From contig JAUXSZ010000177.1 of NCBI GenBank assembly GCA_030679635.1, positions 1-38,896 on the forward strand: 38,896 bases of DNA, written 5' to 3'. The notes under the pieces were generated by a model. The model saw only the letters and a program-made list of their open reading frames with translations, was not told the DNA's origin and ran no database searches. The position numbers and the translations under genes were made by a program. Origin of the DNA: Sulfuricurvum sp. Lineage in GTDB: Bacteria; Campylobacterota; Campylobacteria; Campylobacterales; Sulfurimonadaceae. This document shows positions 10,553 to 20,137 of this stretch, one piece after another. Numbering within the stretch: the first letter of the stretch is position 1; each line of letters starts with the position of its first letter.

Positions 10553-10984
10553 ATGTCATCAAAACTTATTATTGTCGCTGATTTACAGCGTTTTAAACTC
10601 TTTACTTCCAAAATAGATCCGCTTGGAAGAGAATCGGTTGAACTTCTTGAAAATGTTGAGACTCTTAATACGCATCAACGATTAAGTGAAAAAGTTTCTG
10701 ACCAACAGGGAAATTTTCAAGGTGTGGGGGCAAGCGGTTCAGGGGAAGATCATAACATTGCCCTTGAAGCAGAGCGTCGCCGTATTAAAGAGATCGCGGG
10801 ACAGATTTCCGAATCACTGAAAAAACATGGCCACGAATCCTGGTATTTTGCCGCACCAAAAGCGATCAACAACCAAATCGTTGAATTATTGGATCCGGCT
10901 GTTAAAAAAGCCATGACGATTAATCTTCATTCGGATTTGACAAAGACTCCCGATGATGAGCTATTGGAACATTTTACAAAATAA
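10553..10984 (+). CDS. Host-attachment family protein (AtsE / baeRF12-like)
   Basis: N-terminal IIVAD, SDxxG loop, and C-terminal AAP..DLTK pattern typical of this family; 143 aa. Confidence 0.75.
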   Translation: MSSKLIIVADLQRFKLFTSKIDPLGRESVELLENVETLNTHQRLSEKVSDQQGNFQGVGASGSGEDHNIALEAERRRIKEIAGQISESLKKHGHESWYFAAPKAINNQIVELLDPAVKKAMTINLHSDLTKTPDDELLEHFTK

Positions 10985-11017
10985 CAACGAACTAAGCCTT
11001 TTTTCAAAGGAGTCAAA

Positions 11018-12043
11018 ATGTCAAACATAGCATGGCTTTCGAAAAAACTTGATGATGGGAGGATCGCGTGTGAAGCATGCAACCAGCATTGCAAGCTTCA
11101 TGAGGGGGAATACGGTATCTGCGGTATTCGAAAAGTTGAAAACGGTGAGCTTCATTTGCTGACCTATGGAATTGCGGCAGCGGTTAATGTCGATCCTGTG
11201 GAAAAAAAGCCGATGTTTCATTTTTTACCGGGATCGAGTGTATTCTCTTTTGGAACGGTCGGATGCAATTTTAGCTGCAAATTTTGTCAGAATGCGGATA
11301 TTTCTCAATATCCGAAAGAGCATTCTCATGAGATCATTGGGCACCCTCTTTCACCGCAGAGGGCCGTTGAATTGACACTGGAATACGGATGTGAAAGTAT
11401 CGCTTACACCTATAATGAGCCGGTTGTCTTTTTTGAGTATACCTACGATACGGCGAAGCTAGCCCATGAAGCGGGTTTGAAAAACATTTATGTCACCAGC
11501 GGCTATGAAACCCATAAAGCGATCGATACCATTGCCCCCTATTTGGACGGAATGAATATTGATATTAAAGGATATAGCAAGTCGTTTTACAAAGAGATCT
11601 GCGGCGGAGCTCTCAATCCGGTACTGGATACGATTGAATATGCCCATAAAAAAGGGATATGGATTGAGACAACGACACTGCTCATTCCAGGGTATAACGA
11701 TTCGGATGAAGAGATCCGTGCGATTGCCCAATTTCAAGCCGATCTTGACCCTACGATACCGTGGCATATCAGTGGATTCCATCCTATGTATAAAATGATG
11801 GATGTACCACGTACTCCGCCTGAAACGTTACGTCGTGCCTACGATATCGGTAAAGACGTTGGACTGAAGTATGTTTATGTCGGTAATATCGATGATGAGG
11901 CGAGAGAATCTACCTACTGTCCGGGATGTGGAAATTTGGTCATTGATCGACATGGGCAAATAGGCCAATATGTGACCAACCATTTAAAAGATAAATGTCA
12001 CTGCCCCTCATGCGGTTATAAACTTCAGGGGATTTGGCAGTAA
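11018..12043 (+). CDS. amrS: AmmeMemoRadiSam system radical SAM enzyme
   Basis: N-terminal CxxCxxxC..CGIR, DPVEKKP, radical SAM GCNFSCKFCQN, AYTYNEP, C-terminal TYCPGCG and CPSCG. Confidence 0.88.
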   Translation: MSNIAWLSKKLDDGRIACEACNQHCKLHEGEYGICGIRKVENGELHLLTYGIAAAVNVDPVEKKPMFHFLPGSSVFSFGTVGCNFSCKFCQNADISQYPKEHSHEIIGHPLSPQRAVELTLEYGCESIAYTYNEPVVFFEYTYDTAKLAHEAGLKNIYVTSGYETHKAIDTIAPYLDGMNIDIKGYSKSFYKEICGGALNPVLDTIEYAHKKGIWIETTTLLIPGYNDSDEEIRAIAQFQADLDPTIPWHISGFHPMYKMMDVPRTPPETLRRAYDIGKDVGLKYVYVGNIDDEARESTYCPGCGNLVIDRHGQIGQYVTNHLKDKCHCPSCGYKLQGIWQ

Positions 12044-12064
12044 TATCAAAAAAAAGGATAAAAA

Positions 12065-12403
12065 ATGCATACACGTCATGATTTGGACCTCAAAGATTTT
12101 GAAAAAATTCTCACAACCGAAAAAGAAAAAATCAAAAAAAACATTGAAATGATCAAAGCCGAAGTCAATGCATTGGGAATCGAAGATGAAATCGATGATG
12201 TAGAAGATATGGCAGAGCTTCATATTGACAATACATCAGATCAGACACTTCTTCATAGACTCGAAGCGGAACTTTTAGAGATTGATGCCGCCTTGGAACG
12301 TATTAAATCGGGTATTTACGGCATTTGTGAAAAAACGGGCACAAAGATTCCGATTGACCGATTGTTGGCAAATCCCTCAGCGAGAACCGTTGTCGGCGTG
12401 TAA
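12065..12403 (+). CDS. DksA/TraR family protein with a single cysteine
   Basis: Coiled coil with DxxDxA tip (DVEDMA), IDAALERI..GIYGICEKTG..IPIDRL..P.AR; only one Cys. Confidence 0.85.
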   Translation: MHTRHDLDLKDFEKILTTEKEKIKKNIEMIKAEVNALGIEDEIDDVEDMAELHIDNTSDQTLLHRLEAELLEIDAALERIKSGIYGICEKTGTKIPIDRLLANPSARTVVGV

Positions 12404-12431
12404 ACGCTGACAGCAGTCTCTGTATCGTACC

Positions 12432-13052
12432 ATGAACAGCAACCAAGAGCTTATTGATCATTTGATCACCACGGGTGTCCTTTATTCCCCTCTCCTCATT
12501 GAAGCATTTCGGCGATGTGACCGAACACTTTTTGTCCCTGAAAAACTGCATACCAATACCTACGGCGATTACCCCCTGTCAATCGGTATGGGACAAACGA
12601 TTTCCCAACCGACAACCGTTGCCATTATGTTGGAGCTTTTGCATCCGCAAGCGGGAGAGAAGATCTTAGACATTGGTTCCGGTTCGGGGTGGACAACGGC
12701 GCTTTTGGCAACAGCTGTCGGTAAAGAGGGATTTGTGGAGGGAGTTGAGCTAATCCCTTCTCTTGTAGAGTATGGGAGAAGAAGTTTGATCAAGGCTCGG
12801 GTTAAGAATGCGTCAATTGATTTAACACCACCTTCCATTCTTGGAAAACCGGGACATCTGTATGACCGTATTCTCGTCTCTGCAAGCGCAGAGGATATGC
12901 CGATGCTCTTGTTGGAACAGCTTAATCCTGGAGGGGTACTCGTTATTCCTGTTGGGCATAGTATCTGGCGTATCACAAAAGAGCAAGATAGGAGAGTCAG
13001 TGCGTATGAACTGCCAGGATTTTGTTTTGTTCCGCTTATCCTTTCTGCATAA
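12432..13052 (+). CDS. pcm: Protein-L-isoaspartate O-methyltransferase
   Basis: GQTISQP, LDIGSGSGW, YDRILVSA, QLNPGGVLVIPVG, FVPL. Confidence 0.9.
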   Translation: MNSNQELIDHLITTGVLYSPLLIEAFRRCDRTLFVPEKLHTNTYGDYPLSIGMGQTISQPTTVAIMLELLHPQAGEKILDIGSGSGWTTALLATAVGKEGFVEGVELIPSLVEYGRRSLIKARVKNASIDLTPPSILGKPGHLYDRILVSASAEDMPMLLLEQLNPGGVLVIPVGHSIWRITKEQDRRVSAYELPGFCFVPLILSA

Positions 13053-13057
13053 TTGTT

Positions 13058-13066
13058 TGATATAAT
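13058..13066 (+). promoter_or_regulatory. Extended -10 promoter (TGATATAAT) for mscL
   Basis: Perfect TGnTATAAT about 30 bp before the ATG, followed by an AAGGA RBS. Confidence 0.6.
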
Positions 13067-13095
13067 AATTTCATATACTAAAAAGGAAGGTTCGC

Positions 13096-13527
13096 ATGCT
13101 CTCAGAGTTCAAAAAATTTTTGATTTCAGGAAACGTTGTCGATATGGCCGTCGGATTTATCTTCGGTGCCGCTTTCGCAACCGTAGTGAAATCACTGGTT
13201 GCCAATATCATTATGCCACCGGTTGGATTGTTGATGGGAGGTGTTGATTTTTCATCCCTGTTTATTGCTCTTGACGGTAAAGAGTATGGTTCACTGTCCG
13301 CTTTGGATGCAGCGGGTGCTCCGGCGATCAAGCTCGGCATTTTTGTAAATGATCTCATTTCCTTTACAATTTTAGGATTTGTGATCTTTATGATGGTCAA
13401 AGCCTATAACAAACTAAAAGCCGCAGAACCGACAGTGGCAGCCGCAACGACGAAAATATGTCCTGAATGTGCGATGGAGATTCCGCTCGCTGCAAAAGTA
13501 TGTCCTCACTGCCGAGCTGCGCAATAA
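13096..13527 (+). CDS. mscL: Large-conductance mechanosensitive channel with C-terminal zinc ribbon
   Basis: EFKKFLISGNVVDMAVG, two TM helices, then CPEC..CPHC. Confidence 0.92.
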   Translation: MLSEFKKFLISGNVVDMAVGFIFGAAFATVVKSLVANIIMPPVGLLMGGVDFSSLFIALDGKEYGSLSALDAAGAPAIKLGIFVNDLISFTILGFVIFMMVKAYNKLKAAEPTVAAATTKICPECAMEIPLAAKVCPHCRAAQ

Positions 13528-13540
13528 ATAGGGTATCCGC

Positions 13541-13882
13541 TTATTCCATCTCCAAACTCATCAACATCATCTCTTCCCCATCGAGTAAGCGAACGTGAAT
13601 GCTCTCGCAATAGGAACAGAGGTAATGGGGCTTTTCCAAGATACTCTCTTTGCCGCAATGGTTACACACAATGACGAGCGGCTGAATGTTCATCACCAAT
13701 TCCGATTCTTCGCAGATCGTTTTTTCTTTGAACGTGTCAAAGGCGGTTTCGAGTAAATACGGTTCAACACCGCTGTACTGGCCGATTTTGATGACGACTT
13801 TGGTGATGCGCTGCGCATGATGTTCTTTTGCCAAATCTTCACACTGATTCAGGAGCGCTTGAACGATGGAGTATTCGTGCAT
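13541..13882 (-). CDS. hypA: Hydrogenase nickel chaperone HypA
   Basis: MHEYSI start, CNHC and CSYC zinc site; start overlaps the hypE stop (TAATG). Confidence 0.95.
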   Translation of the reverse strand: MHEYSIVQALLNQCEDLAKEHHAQRITKVVIKIGQYSGVEPYLLETAFDTFKEKTICEESELVMNIQPLVIVCNHCGKESILEKPHYLCSYCESIHVRLLDGEEMMLMSLEME

Positions 13883-14880
13883 TAGCAGATCCTCGGGAGC
13901 AATTCTCCCTTGGGACGTTCCAGATAGCGGGCCGTTCCCCACGGGGAGTGCAGAATCACCCTGCCGGGCTTTTGCACCGTTACGTTACCGATTACCTGCG
14001 CATTAGTACTGATCTCAAATCGTCGCAGGATTTCTTGCGCTCTTAGCGCATCCTGCGGTGCCACTGCCAGGACAAACGTCCCCTCATTGGCAAAATCGTA
14101 CGGTTCCATCCCCAACAGCTCACAAATGCCGCGTACTTCGTCGCTGATAGGGATCATTTCCTCTTTAATCTCAATGCATACATCACTCGCCATCGCCCAC
14201 TCATTGAGTACCGCAGCGATTCCTCCCCGCGTTGCATCGCGCATCGCATGGATCGCAATTTTTTCATCAATGAGGGCTTTAACCGCTGGCCATAATACGG
14301 CACAATCACTGCACAAAGAACTCTCAAGTTCAATCCCCTCACGCGAAGCCAATATGGTTGCCCCATGCGCACCGATGTCACGCGAAACAAGGATCACATC
14401 CTCTGCTTGTAGGTTATGGGAGGAGATGCCTTCGGTAATTACCTCGCCGATTCCGGAGGTATTGATAAAAATCTGATCGACCGATCCTCTTGGAAGTACT
14501 TTCGTATCACCGCAGACGATTTTGGCTCCCGATTGGGAGAGCTCCTCTTTCATCGAGATGACAATCCGCTCGAGCGTCTCATAGGAGAGCCCCTCTTCAA
14601 GCATAAAAGCACAGCTCAGGTACAACGGTTTTGCCCCCATCATCGCCAGATCATTGAGCGTCCCGGCAACGGCAATCCTCCCAATATCGCCGCCGTTGAA
14701 AAACAAGGGGGTAACGGTGTAGCTGTCAGTGGTAAAAGCGATTTTACCCTGCACATCCAGCACGGCCGCATCTTCGCTGCGCAGCAGTATCTCATTGCCA
14801 AAATGACGGTAAAAAAGGTTGTGGATCAGTGTCTCCATTTCTTCTCCCCCTCCTCCATGGGAAAGCTGTATCCGTTTCAA
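13882..14880 (-). CDS. hypE: Hydrogenase maturation protein HypE
   Basis: SHGGGG, TTDSY, RDATRGG, C-terminal LPRIC; probable TTG start after GGAGG, overlapping the hypD stop. Confidence 0.95.
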   Translation of the reverse strand: MKRIQLSHGGGGEEMETLIHNLFYRHFGNEILLRSEDAAVLDVQGKIAFTTDSYTVTPLFFNGGDIGRIAVAGTLNDLAMMGAKPLYLSCAFMLEEGLSYETLERIVISMKEELSQSGAKIVCGDTKVLPRGSVDQIFINTSGIGEVITEGISSHNLQAEDVILVSRDIGAHGATILASREGIELESSLCSDCAVLWPAVKALIDEKIAIHAMRDATRGGIAAVLNEWAMASDVCIEIKEEMIPISDEVRGICELLGMEPYDFANEGTFVLAVAPQDALRAQEILRRFEISTNAQVIGNVTVQKPGRVILHSPWGTARYLERPKGELLPRIC

Positions 14881-15998
14881 TGGGTACCTCCAAACCGATA
14901 ATAGGCATTGCATGAACCCTCAGAGCTGACCATACAGCTTCCCAACGGAGAGTTTGGGGTACATGCGGTACCGAAAACCGTGCAGTCATTGGGTTTGGCT
15001 ATACCGCGCAGAATGGATCCGCAGATGCAGAGTTTATGATCGTCGATCGGCTCATAGGAGAGGAATTCGGCAAATACGTTTTCAGCATCGAAATGGGAAA
15101 ACTCATCGCGAAGCTTCAACGCACTGTCGGCAATATCGCCAAGACCCCGCCACCGAAAGGTGTCGCGTACACGCATCGTTTGGTCGATCATTTTTTGGGC
15201 TTTTAAATTTCCCTCATGCGTTACGGCACGGCTGTATTGCACCTCTACCTCGCTGCGATTTTCGTTTTTTTGGACAACGATTTTCAAAATTCCTTCCATC
15301 ACATCGACCGGTTCAAATCCGCTGACAACGATGGGGGTGCCATACGCCTCAGCGATGGAGTCATAAATCTTTGAGCCTGAAATAACACTCACGTGTGAGG
15401 GGCCGATGAACGCATTGATCCGGTTTTGCGGGTCATTCATGATCGCATGGACGGGTTGAGGAACCAAGACATGATTGATATGGAAAAAGAGGTTTTGCAA
15501 TCCTTCATGATCGGCTTGGAGAATCACCGCGGCGCTCATAGGGGTCGTCGTCTCAAATCCGATTGCAAAAAAGATCACCTTTTTGGTTGGATTTTCGCGG
15601 GCGATCTTGAGTGCATCCATGGGGGAATAAAGGGGGCGTATGTCGCATCCTCTTGAGCGCTCCTGCACCAAAGAACTCGATGATCCTGGGACACGGATCA
15701 TGTCCCCTAGGGTTAAAAGAATCGTATCCTTCATCCGAGCCAAAGAAATCGCATGGTCAATCCGTTCTTTTGGCATGATGCACACCGGACATCCAGGGCC
15801 GTGTATAAACTCGATGGACGGCGGGAGGAGTTGCTTGAGGCCGTATTTCATGATGGTATGGGTATGGCCGCCGCACACCTCCATAATCCGAAGGGGATCA
15901 GAGAGTTTTTCACTCTCCTCTTTGATGGTTCGGGCCAATGCCTTGATCGTAGAGCCGTCGCGAAAGCCGTCATACAGATCTTTGAGCTGTAAGCTCAT
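14877..15998 (-). CDS. hypD: Hydrogenase maturation protein HypD
   Basis: MEVCGGHTH, GPGCPVC, GFETT, GSCMVSSEGSC. Confidence 0.96.
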   Translation of the reverse strand: MSLQLKDLYDGFRDGSTIKALARTIKEESEKLSDPLRIMEVCGGHTHTIMKYGLKQLLPPSIEFIHGPGCPVCIMPKERIDHAISLARMKDTILLTLGDMIRVPGSSSSLVQERSRGCDIRPLYSPMDALKIARENPTKKVIFFAIGFETTTPMSAAVILQADHEGLQNLFFHINHVLVPQPVHAIMNDPQNRINAFIGPSHVSVISGSKIYDSIAEAYGTPIVVSGFEPVDVMEGILKIVVQKNENRSEVEVQYSRAVTHEGNLKAQKMIDQTMRVRDTFRWRGLGDIADSALKLRDEFSHFDAENVFAEFLSYEPIDDHKLCICGSILRGIAKPNDCTVFGTACTPNSPLGSCMVSSEGSCNAYYRFGGTH

Positions 15999-16282
15999 GG
16001 AAGTACCCTCGCCGGACACGCATCAGACTCTTCGATCAGCACCCTCCTCTGCGCCTCTTCCATCTGGTCAATAATTTCACGATAGAGCTTGAGGCTTTCT
16101 TGTGCGTCTTCTTCATCGATTTTGCTCATTGCGAATCCGACGTGAATCAGAACATAATCTCCGATACGAAGATCATCCCCCATCAAATCAAGACTCACCT
16201 TTCGGCGAATTCCCATGGTATCCACCGTCGCAACGTTGTCTTCATCGATCTCAATAACTTTTGAAGGAATAGAGAGGCACAT
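15995..16282 (-). CDS. hypC: Hydrogenase chaperone HypC
   Basis: MCLSIP N-terminus, GDYVLIHVGFA. Confidence 0.95.
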   Translation of the reverse strand: MCLSIPSKVIEIDEDNVATVDTMGIRRKVSLDLMGDDLRIGDYVLIHVGFAMSKIDEEDAQESLKLYREIIDQMEEAQRRVLIEESDACPARVLP

Positions 16283-16284
16283 GG

Positions 16285-17052
16285 TTACTTTCTCATGCTT
16301 TTTTTGAATTCGATCCAACGGATCACGTTGAGGATACTCTCGTCGTCTTTGGTTGATATTTCGAGGATATCGGCGCTGGGCTTGAGGCGGCGCGCTGCTT
16401 CTTTGGCATTTGTGATATTAAAATCAAAATGGGGGAGAAGATCGCACTTGGTCATTAAAATGAGATCGGCAGTGCGGAACATCACCGGATATTTCTCAAT
16501 CTTATCTTCCCCTTCAGGAATGGAGACCAGTACGATATTCAAGTGAGCACCAACATCATAACTCGCCGGACAGACGAGATTTCCGACGTTTTCGATAAAA
16601 CAGACATCCAAATCGGCAATGGGGAGTTCATGCAGGGCTTTATGAACCATAAAGGCATCGAGATGACACGCACTTCCCGTTTGGATCTGATAGGCAGGAA
16701 TCCCTTTTGCTTTGATCCGATCGGCATCACGGCAGGTCTCTAAGTCCCCCTCGATCACCCCGAATTTAAATGCAGCCAAATCCGCCATCTTTTCGAGCAA
16801 GGCCGTCTTTCCGCTTCCGGGTGAACTCATCAAATTGATCGCCAAGACTCCGTGATCGTCAAAATGGGCTCGATTGTGCATCGCTTCTTGATCATTTTTA
16901 TCCAATATCTTGGTAATCACCGAGATCGTTTTTGGATCGTTTAGTTGAGGGTTGGCATGAAGCGTCTCATGATGATGGGTGTGGTTATGATGATGGTGAT
17001 CACCATGGTCGTGATGGTGCTGTGTAAGTGAACAGCCGCAATCTTTGCACAT
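16285..17052 (-). CDS. hypB: Nickel-inserting GTPase HypB
   Basis: MCKDCGC, His-rich tract, SSPGSGKT, CHLDA, ENVGNLVCP. Confidence 0.96.
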   Translation of the reverse strand: MCKDCGCSLTQHHHDHGDHHHHNHTHHHETLHANPQLNDPKTISVITKILDKNDQEAMHNRAHFDDHGVLAINLMSSPGSGKTALLEKMADLAAFKFGVIEGDLETCRDADRIKAKGIPAYQIQTGSACHLDAFMVHKALHELPIADLDVCFIENVGNLVCPASYDVGAHLNIVLVSIPEGEDKIEKYPVMFRTADLILMTKCDLLPHFDFNITNAKEAARRLKPSADILEISTKDDESILNVIRWIEFKKSMRK

Positions 17053-17092
17053 ATTTTTCCTTGTATTTAGTTTTAGGGTAAAAACAGACTTT

Positions 17093-18886
17093 TTATTCGC
17101 TGCCAAGCGTTACCGCTCCGACAGCGACATTGGCGCCGTCCATGCTTAAGCGCTCGTTTCTAAAGATCGTATAGTTAGAAGCGATAGCATTGTAGGTACG
17201 CATCAACAGCTGACGGTTTTCAAACAGACTGCCGCTTAATGTCACCCCGACAATAGAAATGTTCGAATCGGCGAGTTCGGCCTGCTGTGCTATAAAATCT
17301 GCCAACGAATCAATAAAACCAAAACTTAGCAGGTATTCATCAACCCCTGCCAGCTTGAAACTCATCGCCGACCTGATGGCCAATCGTGGATCGATATCAT
17401 AGCCATTATCGGTTTTCAATATTTTATAATCGATACGAGGTCCTGATTTTCCGTTAAATTCAAGGGCCGTTGCTTCAAGCTGCTCGCATGCCGTTTGAAT
17501 ATCGTCACCCTCAGAAATTCCGATAAAGAGGGCTGCCATAGCCCATAATCGGCTCAACATCGAGACCTTGCCCGATGTTTCAAAACGGGCATGTTCTATC
17601 TGATCATACAGTTTTGGGTAGGTGTTTTTGAAGTTAGCAACGAGCCGTCCTCCCGCTTCATCCATTTGAACGATCGATGATAGCATGACTTTAGGATCAT
17701 TGAGGGCATTATGAGAAAAATGGGCCATCGGCAAATAGCCTATTTTAGACGAGAAACCGCATATCTGTGATGTGTGTTGACGGCTTAGGTAAATACCGCA
17801 CAGCGATTTCCCCTGCAGGTCATGTTCCAAAACGACGCAACGTAGTGCTGCATGGGCCGGTTCAAAGGAAATGGCATTGGCTAAAGGAGAGACCTCATCC
17901 TTAGCAACAAACTTTATACATCCTTTCGCAGCGGACTCTTTGGCTAGGGTTAACACCAATCCGTCTTTTCCCCCGAATGCGTTAAACCGCTCAAAAGTGC
18001 AGCAAGAGGGTTGTTTCAACGGCATGGGATGGTGCCATGGGAGCATGTCCCGTCCGACATGGATAATAACATGGTGCCCTAACGCTGAAGCTGCGCGAAG
18101 AGAGGGAATCTGATCACAATAGAGGGCAAAAATACCTTTGCGGGATAATGCTGTGCACACTGCCAACGTGATCTTATCGTCGGGGAAAAAAACAGGGTAA
18201 AGCGGTCTTAGCAAATTATGTTCGGCTCGAAACTTCAATTTTGGTTTTAAACGGACAGAGGGCTTTTCGATCATCATCAGCGCCTCAAGTTCACCTTGGG
18301 TAATCATCAAAGAATCGGAAATATCAGCGGGACTGCATATCAATATGCCGTTCTCTTCGTGTTCTTGGGTAGTGAGCAAAGAGAAGCGCCGAATACCGTT
18401 GTAGGTTGGCACCGTAATCGTACCGTGTTTGATGAGCGCTTCAGCAAGCTTCGAGAAGAGTTCTTCCGCCGTTTTCGCATTTATGTGCGTATAGGCGACG
18501 AGTTCATCCAGCGTTAATGTCGCAGCACTGAATCCACACACCGTGCACGATTCAAACGGGTTCAGCGTCTCTGTAATATGGTGTTGGCATTCCAGACAAT
18601 AAGGGACCCTATAGTCGGAGGCTTCTTCTCTTAGAGGCTGAGATTCCCGGAGCGTCTCAACGGATTGTACGATATGCTCATGCAAAAACAGTGATTGCGG
18701 TATGAGTGCTGAGACCAGCTCCGCCAGTTTTTCGAGCTCGTTTTGTTCACCGGATGCTTCAATGCCATAATAGTGCTGTTCTTGATAAAGTCTCAACGGC
18801 AAAGTGGATCGTTCCCCAATGCGTTTGAGCAAACGGACAAAGAGACCGTTATTGTGGATATAGTGAAATTTAAACGCTATATGCAT
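17093..18886 (-). CDS. hydE: HydE-like hydrogenase accessory protein (degenerate HypF-like)
   Basis: Lies directly after hydD as in Campylobacterota hydABCDE; GPRIDY motif; CLEC..CTVC; C-terminus LSGSLFEN..DGANVAVG resembles HypF. Confidence 0.7.
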   Translation of the reverse strand: MHIAFKFHYIHNNGLFVRLLKRIGERSTLPLRLYQEQHYYGIEASGEQNELEKLAELVSALIPQSLFLHEHIVQSVETLRESQPLREEASDYRVPYCLECQHHITETLNPFESCTVCGFSAATLTLDELVAYTHINAKTAEELFSKLAEALIKHGTITVPTYNGIRRFSLLTTQEHEENGILICSPADISDSLMITQGELEALMMIEKPSVRLKPKLKFRAEHNLLRPLYPVFFPDDKITLAVCTALSRKGIFALYCDQIPSLRAASALGHHVIIHVGRDMLPWHHPMPLKQPSCCTFERFNAFGGKDGLVLTLAKESAAKGCIKFVAKDEVSPLANAISFEPAHAALRCVVLEHDLQGKSLCGIYLSRQHTSQICGFSSKIGYLPMAHFSHNALNDPKVMLSSIVQMDEAGGRLVANFKNTYPKLYDQIEHARFETSGKVSMLSRLWAMAALFIGISEGDDIQTACEQLEATALEFNGKSGPRIDYKILKTDNGYDIDPRLAIRSAMSFKLAGVDEYLLSFGFIDSLADFIAQQAELADSNISIVGVTLSGSLFENRQLLMRTYNAIASNYTIFRNERLSMDGANVAVGAVTLGSE

Positions 18887-19418
18887 CAGCAGACCGAAAG
18901 GAATGAGGTAGGACAGCATGAATCGTTACCTCGTTTTGCTTGATTGAGTGAACGCCTAGCGTTTTGAGATAGGTGACTAAGGTATCGTCCATTAACACAA
19001 TGGCATTAGCAACCCCCTCTGATAGAGAAAACTCTGTTGCCTCTATCACGGTGGGCACTACCCCCATAATCATCGTTTTCGGACGATCTCCTGAGAGGTC
19101 CATCATGATGAGCGTCTGCAGCATCTCGACTTCATGCGCACTTCCTTGCCAATCAACCGCAGCAGGTACGGCTTCAAAATCAAAAAAATAGACCTCTCCC
19201 GCGTTCACTCCCGCTGCATTGATCGTATCGACGATGATGATCTGGTCATACTCGACCATGATCGGAATCAGCCGTTGGGCCAGCGTTCCTCCGTCTACTA
19301 TATCCAGTTGATGGTCACCTACAAAGCGGTATTTTTGACCCATATAGTTGATAAAATGGATACCAACCCCTTCATCGCCAAAGAGTAGATTGCCGATCCC
19401 CAAGAGTAGAATTTTCAT
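18870..19418 (-). CDS. hydD: Hydrogenase maturation endopeptidase
   Basis: LLGIGNLLFGDEGVG, VDGGT, SAHE. Confidence 0.93.
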   Translation of the reverse strand: MKILLLGIGNLLFGDEGVGIHFINYMGQKYRFVGDHQLDIVDGGTLAQRLIPIMVEYDQIIIVDTINAAGVNAGEVYFFDFEAVPAAVDWQGSAHEVEMLQTLIMMDLSGDRPKTMIMGVVPTVIEATEFSLSEGVANAIVLMDDTLVTYLKTLGVHSIKQNEVTIHAVLPHSFRSADAYSV

Positions 19419-20110
19419 CTCTCTTCGTCTCCTCTTTTTTTAAGATGATAATCATACCCTGTAAACATAACGTCTAACGCAGCATGCTTAAAGCGTATGG
19501 CAGACCAGATGACCATATAGACATGGATAGGAATAAAGATCAAAAAGCCCCACATCGTGATATGGTGAATCAGACGAACGGTTGCCAAACCGCCCATCCA
19601 TACTTCAACCACTCTCATAGGCTCATACAGCAATCCAGCGAGTCCCTGATGGTAAATATGGACATAGAGTATCAGCCCGCTCAGGGACGAAAGCACAACC
19701 AACAGCATGATCACCGTGTACGCTAAAAACTGCAGCGGTCCATACAACCCTTTTTTTTGCAACTCGCCGATAAAAAAATAGGACTTCAGTTGAAGGATCC
19801 ACGATTTAAGGCTAAACTCATCTTTAAGCGAACTCAATTCGCTTCTGCTGTCCTTTCCAAAAAAGAAAAGAAATATTCGAAGTATTCCTGCTGAAATAAG
19901 AATAAATCCCAATAGTACATGCCAAGAGACCCACTCACCGTATATGAGCTGATCGCTTGACTCCCCCGATGAAAGAAAAGGGCTTGCAATGTAAAACCCC
20001 GTTATCGCCAGCCCTGTAATGACAACAGCCCGTATCCAGTGCAGGAGACGGTTTGTACTGCTGTAGACAAAGGACACATGTTCAACGCCACTTGATTCTC
20101 TTTTGTCCAT
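19415..20110 (-). CDS. hydC: Ni/Fe-hydrogenase cytochrome b subunit
   Basis: RLLHW, four TM helices, RLIHH and IHVYM heme-ligand histidines. Confidence 0.93.
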   Translation of the reverse strand: MDKRESSGVEHVSFVYSSTNRLLHWIRAVVITGLAITGFYIASPFLSSGESSDQLIYGEWVSWHVLLGFILISAGILRIFLFFFGKDSRSELSSLKDEFSLKSWILQLKSYFFIGELQKKGLYGPLQFLAYTVIMLLVVLSSLSGLILYVHIYHQGLAGLLYEPMRVVEVWMGGLATVRLIHHITMWGFLIFIPIHVYMVIWSAIRFKHAALDVMFTGYDYHLKKRGDEER

Positions 20111-20137
20111 GATATACTCCTCCTGTTATCGTCTATA

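Noticed and set aside
16966-17020. Low-complexity ATG/GTG repeat tract
   Set aside because: It encodes the normal His-rich nickel-binding stretch of HypB.
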